A stretch of DNA of 64,000 nucleotides, taken from assembly GCA_964019425.1 (NCBI GenBank), contig OZ025782.1:62001-126000 (forward strand), written 5' to 3'. The notes under the pieces were generated by a model, which searched no databases, was not told where the DNA came from, and saw nothing but the letters and a program-made list of their open reading frames with translations. Shown here one piece after another: positions 1 to 10,600 of the stretch. Every line of letters begins with the position of its first letter. The stretch's first letter is position 1. The position numbers and the translations under genes are program-made. Source of the DNA: Flectonema sp. DT1601. Lineage: Eukaryota.

Positions 1-553
1 ATTTGTATTAGTTTGGAGAGAAATTGATCATCAAAAGTAATATTTTCATTTTTTTTTTATTGATATTGAGGTTTTGAATAAAAATAACCGAAAACAAGGA
101 GGCAACCCTCAACAAGGCTTGCTAGTTACTGCCTTCCTACATTCGGAGGGGTGCAGAAAAAGATACACCTGAAAAACAAACAAGACATAAGTCGCTGTGC
201 ATACAAAATGTTTTTAGAAAAATAATAATAATAATAATAAAAGATTGAAAATAGAAAAAAAAAGTCAACCTCCTACACAATGAGGTAATAGATTTAAATA
301 ATGCTATCGAAAAACGCAAAAAAAAAAAAAAAAAATAGATAATGGAACTGGAGCACTGCCACCAACAAAATAATGACTTGAGAATAGTGAACAGAACTGG
401 GGGTTATTAAAGATTGGTTGTTATATAGCAGAGAAGGTCTATTCGACCATAATTTTGTCATCTATCCCGAAACTAGAATAGGTGGCAAAAGTAAAATAGT
501 TTTTTTAGATTATTAGGTAAAGAGAGGGAAATAATATCAACGAGCTTGCAGGC

Positions 554-2677
554 CTACGATCTGTGCCTTCCGAAGTATCCCTTTGGGATTCTTGATTTGT
601 CAGGTTTTCCTTTTTTAAACTGTTTAGTGTGTCTGTGAGATATCTTTCTAGGAATTTGTTCTGCAACGATGTCGTTAATCTTTTGACATGTACCGTCAGC
701 ATTACATCTTTGACCAACATCACAATCAGAATCAATACAATTTACAGTGCAGGCTCCTTCTGTTGGAAGTCCCTTCGCTCGCAAATGAAATGCTGTTGGG
801 TACCAGTGAGACCGACACGAGTCACATTTACCTGTCGCAGAGACAACAGACTGGTGTGGGTTATGACAATAGCAAGATTCTTTTTGTAATGAGTCTCCGA
901 GTTGAAAAGCCTTTATTAAGTCAGTAGGACAAGTAGTTCCTCCAGTTGATGTAAAGTGACGACAAGCATCAACAATACACTCTTGATGCATTAATGGACA
1001 ATTAGCTCCTTCTTCACAACAGTCGAGTGCGAGTTTCATGTTTGAAGATGAGCAGTCGAGTTGCTGAGTCTCTAGTTGTTTGAATTCTCTTTTCCACTCT
1101 GGAAACTCACCGACGTCTGGGCAGTCTACTGATTTACGTGGCCAACAGAATGATCTTCCTGAATTGTCTATCCATTTGAAAGCTGTTCTTGAAGGGTCGT
1201 AATCAGGATCGAAGAGTAACCCAATTGGGAAATCATCACTACCTACGTATTCAAACTTAACATCGAGATGGAATGAAGGTAGACCAACATCAACAGATGT
1301 TATTTTGAAATAAAGTTTCGGAAGTCCATCAGGAGTAGCAATGTAAAGGTCAGCAGTTTCACCGCTGATTGGTCCATCACCTACAATAAAGATATTTTCA
1401 AAAGGGTATTGAGGTGAATTAATGTAATATTGTTCCAGTGACAGATAGACGTATGACTCCCGACCACCCGCACAGTCGGTAGTAATTTCAGCAAACTTAC
1501 TTGCACGGACTACTTTATTTGAGAATTCCGTAACGTGTGTCGCAGTGTACACAGCAAGGTGAACAATGCAACTGCTACTGTTACCAAAACATGGAGCTAT
1601 TGTTGCTGTGAAGGTGTGAATGGAGTCCTCGAAGAGTATGAAAGTAGTCTCAACAGGTACCTCAATGTTTAAATTAACATTCACCTTCTCCATATGAACA
1701 TCTCCCCACAGAAATGCTTCCCTCCCGCATTGTTCACCAGTATAGGTCGCAGAAGCAATACACTCTACTTGATTACCGTCTTCAGTCTCAAACTGACCAG
1801 GACACTGATTATAAATACCAATTGAAATAGGTCTTTCTGGAGGGCAGGAACATTGGTTAGTTACTCTATCAAAGTGACCTCCATTTCTACACGTAATAGG
1901 TTTTACTGCGCTAAAATCATCAAAAACAAGGAAGATTGGATTACCAGTTTTATATGCACACAACAATACCATCTCAACATTTGGAGTAGTAGTTGAAGAA
2001 GAGCACATCGCACATGCCATTTCAGTAACTGATGCGACGACAATATTTCTGAAATCTACCGACTTTTCTAAGACGTGTTCTGAAGGGAAAGCATAGTTCC
2101 AGCAGCCTTCTTGTTCGCAATACCATTTGTCTGCTCCATTTTCTACACCAGTCCATCTCTGGTTCATGTTGAAGTTCAAGTTTATATTTTCAAACACTTC
2201 CGTTACAATAGCCTGGTGATCCCAGGCATCGAAATTCGACAGGTCGTTATGAGTTGTAAACCCAACAGTGCAAGCATCTTCCATTGCAGTACTGTCGCGG
2301 AGTACTTCAGCAATTTGTTGATTCCACACAAGTGGAGGTGATCCATGATCAGCGCGAATGTCGTTATGAAAAGAGAGCAACTCACTCTGCTGCCACTGCG
2401 TTGGAGTATTAAAGCAAGAATTAGGGTATGACGGGTTAGTACTAGTTCTGTTACAGGTTGCAGGATCAGCAGGCGCATTAACGTACCTCCAACAACACTC
2501 TGCACACTCTGTTACACCACAACCTTGACTAATACAATTATAAGGCTGTCCATTTACTTCTACATTACAGACGTCAGCTTGTTTACATCGGAACTCATTT
2601 CTACTAGCAGGACAAGCGGTACCCCAAACTGGGAGGGAACAAAGCAGCACCGTCACTACAATGCGTGACATTTTCAT
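554..2677 (-). CDS. Secreted CAP/SCP (PR-1-like) domain protein with EGF-like, VWD-like and Cys-rich modules
   Basis: 707 aa ORF; signal peptide; CAP motifs LLSFHNDIRADHGSPPLVWNQQIAE, ENI, TEMACA...LLCAY; EGF-like CRNGG...CSC; VWD-like start AFLWGDVHM; T-tract + CAG 10 nt before ATG. Confidence 0.85.
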   Translation of the reverse strand: MKMSRIVVTVLLCSLPVWGTACPASRNEFRCKQADVCNVEVNGQPYNCISQGCGVTECAECCWRYVNAPADPATCNRTSTNPSYPNSCFNTPTQWQQSELLSFHNDIRADHGSPPLVWNQQIAEVLRDSTAMEDACTVGFTTHNDLSNFDAWDHQAIVTEVFENINLNFNMNQRWTGVENGADKWYCEQEGCWNYAFPSEHVLEKSVDFRNIVVASVTEMACAMCSSSTTTPNVEMVLLCAYKTGNPIFLVFDDFSAVKPITCRNGGHFDRVTNQCSCPPERPISIGIYNQCPGQFETEDGNQVECIASATYTGEQCGREAFLWGDVHMEKVNVNLNIEVPVETTFILFEDSIHTFTATIAPCFGNSSSCIVHLAVYTATHVTEFSNKVVRASKFAEITTDCAGGRESYVYLSLEQYYINSPQYPFENIFIVGDGPISGETADLYIATPDGLPKLYFKITSVDVGLPSFHLDVKFEYVGSDDFPIGLLFDPDYDPSRTAFKWIDNSGRSFCWPRKSVDCPDVGEFPEWKREFKQLETQQLDCSSSNMKLALDCCEEGANCPLMHQECIVDACRHFTSTGGTTCPTDLIKAFQLGDSLQKESCYCHNPHQSVVSATGKCDSCRSHWYPTAFHLRAKGLPTEGACTVNCIDSDCDVGQRCNADGTCQKINDIVAEQIPRKISHRHTKQFKKGKPDKSRIPKGYFGRHRS

Positions 2678-2867
2678 GTTTTTATAGCTGAAAAATTAAA
2701 ATAACAATACAAAAAAAAAAAAAAACGGTTGTGTTTTTTTTTCGAATTCCACTTCGCTCGTGTTCACTAAGGAAACATAAGGTGTAAATGCAGTGAGGGA
2801 TAAATAAAGCAAAGGCAGGTTGGCATACAAAGATCTGCGGTAGCAGCACCAACGCTGTTAAAAGCTT

Positions 2868-2904
<37 letters not shown>

Positions 2905-3067
2905 CCTCCTAGAAAGGAGTCAATCACCACGTGATGGATAATTTAATGATTGCAAAAAACGGCGCTCAAACGAAGTCAACTACAGCAGCTGATAAGAAAG
3001 TATTAAAAATCAGATTTGGTTATCAAAACACACATTTTTATCACCTTAACAAACATCATAATAACAA

Positions 3068-3827
3068 TCAAGAGAGAGTAGCAGCAGCAGTCTCCTTTTT
3101 ATAAAGAAGCCATTCCTTAGCAGCATCAACAGCTTCTTCCGTAATAAACCCTCGACCAGAACTCTTGAGTCGAGGAGGCCTCGCAGTTAAATTCGGATTT
3201 CTCTTTGGCGGTGGTTGTGGAATAAAGTGAAGCTTAGAATCATTCAACTGTGGGAACATACACTTGGAAATATCTGGTGTCGGACAATTCAATTTTTCGA
3301 TTAATCCATTTACTGTTTGGCTGCTTATTTTTGTTTTATTTTTTTGGGTATTTTGAATTCCCAAGTCATGTGAAGTATTCACAAGACGTGTGGTGTCACT
3401 CTTCGCTAGTAGTTGGGATTCTTTCAAGTCCTGCGCGGTGAGCATTCCCTTCTCACTCTTGTCGCTGAGATTCTGTCGTTCTCCATCTCGTCTGAGATTG
3501 TGTTGATCAAACTGTTTGTGAGTTTCTTTTGATATTAAAATAATCACCCGACTCATTCTAATAATATGAACATACCCGATCTTGAACTGCTGTTACCCTC
3601 TTTGAATTCCTTGTCTTCTTACTGTATAAAGTAGTATTCTTGTTTTCAACAGCCTTCATGTGTTTCCGACAACGACTTTTCCCACATTCCTGAAATTGTT
3701 TATCCAATTCATTTTGTCTGTCTATCTCTCGGTTGTATCTCTTCTCCATGAAAGAGACGTGATCGATTGATTTCTTAGGGAGAACATTTATTAGCTCACG
3801 AAAGAACTGTTTAGACATTTTAACCAA
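3068..3827 (-). pseudogene. Two abutting out-of-frame ORFs (3558-3827, 3068-3556): possible frameshifted gene remnant or small hypothetical gene(s)
   Basis: Coding-like composition; stop TAG followed 1 nt later by ATG in another frame; acceptor-like TTTCCACAG at ~3850; no recognisable domain. Confidence 0.3.
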
Positions 3828-4477
3828 CTAACTCTGTGCTGTTAGTAACCTGTGGAAAGGATTAGGAAATCTTTAAAATAAAATAAAAAAATTATAATCT
3901 AGCTCCAGTAAATAACTTCACACTTAATAAGAAACAAACAGTGTTTTTGAGAAACCTGAATTTCCGAAGTAGATGTTCGGTCGTTGAGGATAGTTACATC
4001 CCATTAAAATCCGATTTTTTTTTTTTTTTTTTTTCTATTTTGAGTTTTCCGAATGATCGTTAAGAAAACGGAATATAATAGAAAGCACCGCGTGATAACA
4101 CGTTTTTATTATTTGGAAAGACGACAACCACACACACTCCTCTGTATACGAAGCGAAGTGAAACACATCTCTTATTGTGTTGAGTATCTCCTTATCAATC
4201 GTTTCTTAAAGCCACAAAAACAAATCTTTCTGCTAAGTTAGATGCAAGGAAAAAAAAAAAAAAAAAAAAAAAATGGGGAAACATACATCCTCGAAAAATG
4301 ACGACATTACCGTAAAAAGAAGTAACGAACCAAGTTAGAATAAAAAAAATAAAAATAAATTATTATTATTATAAAGTGATATAAAAACCAAGGCGGTGCG
4401 AAGAGCATTATAATGAAAGAAGGCAAGAACAAGAAGTTGTTTTGGTCACAGAGAATATATAAGATAAGAAAGTGTTT

Positions 4478-6013
4478 TTAGTATTTGTTAACGATTGCTA
4501 CACATTTCTCAACAGCATAGGCGATGTTATTTTTGGGTGTCCAGGATTCGAACATAACAGTCTGGTCAACAACAACTCCGGGGATAGAAGGAACGTGTTG
4601 ACTGAACTTTACTATCGGAGCAGATAATGGATAGTTAGCTGGTATTGTTATTGTTAAATCATGTATACCTGAGAAGCTACCATTACCTTCAAGAACAAGT
4701 TTCCAACTTCTAAGTGAGTCATCTGTTGGTTTACAAGAAACATCTGTCCAATTCTTTTCGGAAGCCACAACATTTTGATATTCTCTTGATAATCTGACCT
4801 TCAATAGTTTACCACCAGCACCAGTTGGTTGAGCTCTTACTAGTGACGAGGTCTTTTTATTTTGTAACCTTTCAAGATGTGCTTTAACTACTTTACCTGT
4901 CTCACTGTTGTTTATATCAGGATACGCTGCTGCTTCATCGTTGATAATCTTAAATCTCTGCTCTCCTTCCATCTGTTGCCAGGTATCCCACAGTCTCCAG
5001 AGTGCTTCACACTCTTGTTGAATGACGTATCGATCGTTAACTTCTTTGTGTTGAATAAATGTCATACCAGGTGTTCCTTCCAAGATTTCCATTCTCCATA
5101 ACATGTACAGAAGTGCTGTTTTATTCACTGCTCCGGTGTCCATATCAAATACGAATTCGCTTAAAAACTCATATTTATCCATTCCTTTTGGTACATTCAT
5201 TTCAAACCAAAGCAACAGAGCTTCGTAAGGAATCTTTTTTGGATCTCCGTTGACTGCTTCCTCAGATGCCCACATAATTTGAAATGGTGTGTACAATTCC
5301 ATGAACTCCGATAGATATTTATCAGATTCTGCGACAGAGGGTGTACAAGAGGCGTGAACATCTGGAACATTAGGTAGTCCAATTTTATCACAATATGAAT
5401 TTCTTATTGGTATTAAATAATGACTATTGTTACTTCCATAGTATCGTCGTTTTGTAACACTTAAACACTGAGACTCTGCTAGAACTTCACGGAGAGAAGC
5501 GAGAATCTGTAGTAGTAGTGTTTGAGCACCACGAGCATCAGAGTCATCTTTCCCGCTTCCAGTCATAATCATATAAACAGTTCTTATACCAATTTCCTTT
5601 TGCACATTGCACATCGATCCGTTTTGTGCTAGTGCTAGTAAGATTTTAGCAACGTCATACTCTTCGGGTTTTTCTAATAGTAGCTGAGTTATACACCGTA
5701 GTCTATCACCAGCATCACTTGAGCCATGAATATTATTATCGATATATTGACATACTGTATCTAACGATGTCTGTACACTCTTTCCACATAGTCCCCAAAT
5801 TTGAAGGTCGTCATTCTTAATAGGAGTTTTCTTTAGAACACACATCAGCTTAGCACACTTTACTGACTTCAGTTGACTTGGTGGTCTGACTAATGGGATC
5901 TTCTTATGCATATGACTATATGTGACAGTGAAGTCACAGAAACTCATTATGTGAATCCAGTGGCTGGAATCAAAGAGATCGTCAAGCGACATGTTCACCG
6001 AAGCCGACGTCAT
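4478..6013 (-). CDS. Helical N-terminal domain fused to a C-terminal UBC-fold (E2-like, probably inactive UEV-type) domain
   Basis: C-terminus RLSREYQ...PTDDSLRSWKLVLEG...LTITIPANYPLSAPIVKF...ESWTP follows the E2 fold, but HPN and the catalytic Cys are absent. First ATG at 6013 follows CACAGCAG. Confidence 0.8.
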   Translation of the reverse strand: MTSASVNMSLDDLFDSSHWIHIMSFCDFTVTYSHMHKKIPLVRPPSQLKSVKCAKLMCVLKKTPIKNDDLQIWGLCGKSVQTSLDTVCQYIDNNIHGSSDAGDRLRCITQLLLEKPEEYDVAKILLALAQNGSMCNVQKEIGIRTVYMIMTGSGKDDSDARGAQTLLLQILASLREVLAESQCLSVTKRRYYGSNNSHYLIPIRNSYCDKIGLPNVPDVHASCTPSVAESDKYLSEFMELYTPFQIMWASEEAVNGDPKKIPYEALLLWFEMNVPKGMDKYEFLSEFVFDMDTGAVNKTALLYMLWRMEILEGTPGMTFIQHKEVNDRYVIQQECEALWRLWDTWQQMEGEQRFKIINDEAAAYPDINNSETGKVVKAHLERLQNKKTSSLVRAQPTGAGGKLLKVRLSREYQNVVASEKNWTDVSCKPTDDSLRSWKLVLEGNGSFSGIHDLTITIPANYPLSAPIVKFSQHVPSIPGVVVDQTVMFESWTPKNNIAYAVEKCVAIVNKY

Positions 6014-6542
6014 ATTGTGATGCCTGCTGTGTATGAATATAAAACACATAAAAAACAGTCGTGCTGATAGAAAAAAAATACTAGACTAGTCTTTTTTGTG
6101 TATATTCCTGTTATGAAAGAGGTATACTCATTTTGTTATAAATAAAATAATAAAAAAAACCTTGCAAAAAAGCTACCAGATCGTACAGACGCTTTTTCTT
6201 CTATTTTTTTTTTTTTTTTTTAAATTCATTCCTCTGTCGTCCCAAGCGACTTGTAAACTGTTCATTGTTTTGAAAATCGAGTAGTCGTTATGAATTACAA
6301 CCTTTACAGTTGGTACCTGTCATTCCGTGGAATGGTTGCAGTAGAAGTCAGGGAAAAACTTCACATATGTAATGGCTACCCACAATCCTAACAAAGGCTT
6401 TATATTCACTGAAAAATGACACAAGCAAGTCAAACGCAGCAGATTTGTAAGGGATAAAAAAAAAAAAAAAGGAAGAAAGAACAAAAAAAAAAAAAAAAAA
6501 AAAACCTTTTCACAGTTAAGTGCCAGGGAAGGAAACCTACGC

Positions 6543-6574
<32 letters not shown>

Positions 6575-7615
6575 AGTAAGTTTTTTAAGTTCAATGCAGA
6601 TGAAATAAGTCTTCTTTTTTTTTTCTTTGTTTTTTGCTAAAAAGTTTACCACATATTGTCTACAAAAGTTAACCCTGATACAGTAAGTTACGGATCCCAT
6701 TCAGGGGAGCGGTGATGAGTAATATGGATACCGACAACACGAGTTACTCTTGAGCGATTCACAACCGAAGGGGATGGATGAGGTTGGTGTTCTGATAATG
6801 TTATATGTGAGTGACGATTACCTTTCCTTTCGTAGATGTAATTATTCGAATGACAGGATGAAGGCATTCAACGTAGACGTACCGAAAAAATTGTTCAAAA
6901 TTAAAAAATAAAAAAATAAAAAACTAAAATAATACTAACGACACAGGACGACAATTGGGGCAAGAAGATCGACACGGGGGAAGTGTGAAGTCTGAATAAC
7001 AATCAAAAATGAAAAAAAAAAAAAAATAGCGCTTCCCAGTAGAAATATTCGAATTTATGTAGATTATTTGCTCACACAGCTTATTTGAATTCTACAGAAC
7101 ATTTGTCTTAATTTTCAACTTTCACCTGAAATCTATTTGCTGTGTACTGTACCGAAACATACTTTTTTTAGGGGAGCATTAATTTCTTGTTCTCTCAAGA
7201 CGTTAGAATAAAATCACAAGGAGCAGCAACGAAAAATAATCAGTGCCTTTTTTTTTTTTTTTTTTTTTTTTCCATGCCACGAATAATATCGCCAGGCAGT
7301 AAAGACCAGCGCCCACGAGTTTTTTTTTTTTTTTGTTTTTTTATACTCACGTGGATCTGGTTCATTCTCAGAATGATTTGCCGATAATTTTTATGATTTT
7401 TTTTTTAAAAAAATGATGAACGAATGGATTTTGTGTGCACCAATCTCCTGCACTCCGATAGCAGATTACTGGCGGAAATAAAAGAGATATTAATTACGTA
7501 TTATTACAAAAGGTTTTACTTTGAAAAAAGAGCACAAAAGTTGTGAATATTTATATGCAAGAGAAAGCATCATTCAATATCAGAAAAAGAAAAGACGTTG
7601 TGTTGCAAACTCTCT

Positions 7616-10600
7616 CTATAAGAGAGAGTCATCTTGTTTGGCATCAGGTGCATTATACGTCACTGGAATATCATTACCCGGCATGAAGCCTGCTCCCAAC
7701 CCAGGTAGTCCTCCCTGCATTGCGTGTGATAGAGGAGCAAAAGAAGAGGAATTCAAATCAACTTCAGCAGCGCCAATGTTGTGACGCCCAGCTAGTGCTT
7801 CCTCAAGTTCTTTCTTTACTGTCGGGTTTAACGATGGATCCTTCACAGCTTGCTTGACTGCCTTTTTTAAAGCACCAGTCTTTTCACTTTGTTCCTGAAC
7901 TATTCCCTGTAACTTTGCCGTATCACTTCCAGGGAGTCCTCCCGTAGCAAGAACTCCCAGTATAGCTTTTTCTAAAGCTCCCTTTGTTGGGTCCATTCCA
8001 CTCATGTCTGCTCCGAATGTGGAATTTACTTTGCCGTCGAGTCCGTCGAGGAGTTGCTGACGAGCTGCTTCTGGAAGTGACGGATTGCTTGCTATCTCTC
8101 GAACGTCTTTCTCAGCATTGTTATACCAACTTGAGTAGTCATCTTGAGCTGATTTAACTTTACTGCTTGAAACAGTTCCCTGAGTGACAGCATTCCCTAC
8201 AACTGCAGTAAGAACTCCTTTAGACTTAGCATCCTGTTCCACAGATTGATTTCCTCCCAGTGATGGCGCAGCCATTACTGGAGATGCTCCTAGAGCATCC
8301 ATACCGCTGAGGTTCACGTCTCCGTCGAAACCGTGACCGAAGCCCCCTCCTCCTCCAAAGCCCCCACCTGACATTTGATTCATGCCGCCCATATCTACAT
8401 TTCCACTGAAGTCTGGCATAGCTCGCGACAAGGTTTGCTTGTCATTTCCAGGAGTGTTCGGGTCGTTAATCATTTCCTTTGCAGCTGCCAATGATTCTTT
8501 ATTTGCAGCCATCACAGCGGCGAGTGCATTGGTGAGATTCTGATTAACATCTGCTGGAGTGTCAGATTTAGATGTGGCCTGCTCTGCTGCTCCGATGATT
8601 TGACCTTCCTTTGCAGCCATCGGGTCCATTCCACCCTGTTGGATTATTATTTACATTGTTTTAGATTATGATTTTCTAACAAGTAATTCTTAATCATGAA
8701 GCACTACCAACTGTTATATTTGGTAGAATACATACCAGGTCACCACTTCCCCAGTTTCCATCCAGAGCTTTCTTCAGTTGCTTTTTCGTCTCTGATGGTA
8801 CAGATGAGTTCTTCGAAGCTTTCTTAACGGCATTGCGGAGATCTTTCATTGCCTGAGGGATTATTTATTACAATTAAAACTTTTTATTGATACAAAGTCA
8901 CAACAGTACGAGAGGGTTACTAACAAACCTTATCAATATCAGACGTTGACTTGGCTAACTGCGGAGATGGCGCAATAGCTTTCGCGGCGGCAGCGAGGGC
9001 GCACACTGCGGCACCCTTCTTCATGGCATCCATTCCGTCCTGTGTGTTGTTATTATTTAAAATTCTGTAACAGCTATTTCTGAATAACATTAATAAAAAC
9101 TTCACAAGACTACTACTTGCAAATATTTACATACCAGACTGCCAGCTCCAAATCCTGCTCCTGCTGACGGCCCTCCAAGTGGATCAAATCCGGTGAGGTC
9201 CCCGCCTGTGAAATTGCCGGCTCCAAAACCTCCACCACCACCACCACCACCACCACCACCACCTTGTCCCAGGGCCTTATCTAATATTGCCTTGTGATCT
9301 GGGCTAGTTTTTGGATGGCTTGCAATTTGCTTTGCGTCCGTTACAAGCTCCCCATTCGCAGCCTTTACAGCTGCCAACGCCGAGTTCAATTTATCCTTTA
9401 CATCACTTGGTGTATCTCCCTTACCTGTTGCTTTCTCACTGGCTCCAATTACTTGAGCCATTTTTGCTGCCGTTGGGTCCATACCACTCTGTTTTATTAT
9501 TATTTGTTGTGATAACAAATATTGTGATGTGAAGTTTCCTAAGTACATACCAAGTCACCAGCACCCCAATTTCCGTCAAGGGCATTCTTTAACATTTCCT
9601 GCGTCTCCGAAGGGACGCGGCCGTCAGTAGAAGCCTGTTGTGCTGCCTCACGGAGATCATTTACCGCCTGTTTGTATTTTAGATTATGGTGAAAAGGAAA
9701 ATATAGATTCTTCATAAGCAGAGTCTCGAAGGGTATTTCAAATGTTCGGGTCACAATGACCCTAAACATGAACAGACTCTAAAAGTAAAACAAACCTTCT
9801 CAAGTTCATTAGAATCAGCTTTAAGTTGGTCAGAATGAAGTGGTGATAAGTCAGACTGTGGTCCGGAAACCTTTTGTGCAGCGGCATTAAGTGCAGCAAT
9901 AGCTGCTGCGGCTTTCATAGCATCCATTCCGTCCTGTGTTGTGTTATTTAAATATTAGGACACGTACGAATGTTAATAATAAAGATAAGTACTAAAACAC
10001 AAACCAAACTACCAGCACCGAATCCATTGTCATTACCACCAACGACGAGGGGAACAAAGCCGCCGAGATCCGCTCCAGTAAAGCCGTGGTCTCCCTTTGG
10101 GTTTGCCTTCGTATCACCGAAATCAATGTTCGCACCTGAGAAGCCATTGGCTCCAAATTCGGTGGCACCCGGAGGTGCTCCTCCTTTGCTGAAGTCGTGC
10201 TTGTCATCTTCCTGAGCTGGGGGTTGTAGAACATTGAAGTCTAAGTCTGCTTTTTCCCATCCGTCAACTGGAACGTAGTCGGAAACAAACTCATCCTTCT
10301 TCTTCTTCGGCTTTCTACGTAACAAGTACGCAGCCAGAAGGAGGAGACAGAGACAGAGTCCGAGTAGTAAAAATAGCAGCCACTCAAAACAAGATCCTCC
10401 AATCTCTAAAAACAGACATCCGGAATCATCAGTAGAGTTAGGAGCTGGTAGCTTACCACTGCAATCTGAACCATTGTAACCAGCATCACAGAAACAAGTT
10501 CCCTGACCATGCCAGAGACAGGAACCGTGACTTGAACAATTGAGAACTGGATCACAGAAGTTATCACACTCATGAGCAGGGAACCATCCTACTTCACAGT

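Noticed and set aside
6712..6796. Possible C/D snoRNA (GTGATGA...CTGA, plus strand)
   Set aside because: Opposite to cluster direction; no terminal stem or rRNA guide identified; motifs short enough to occur by chance.
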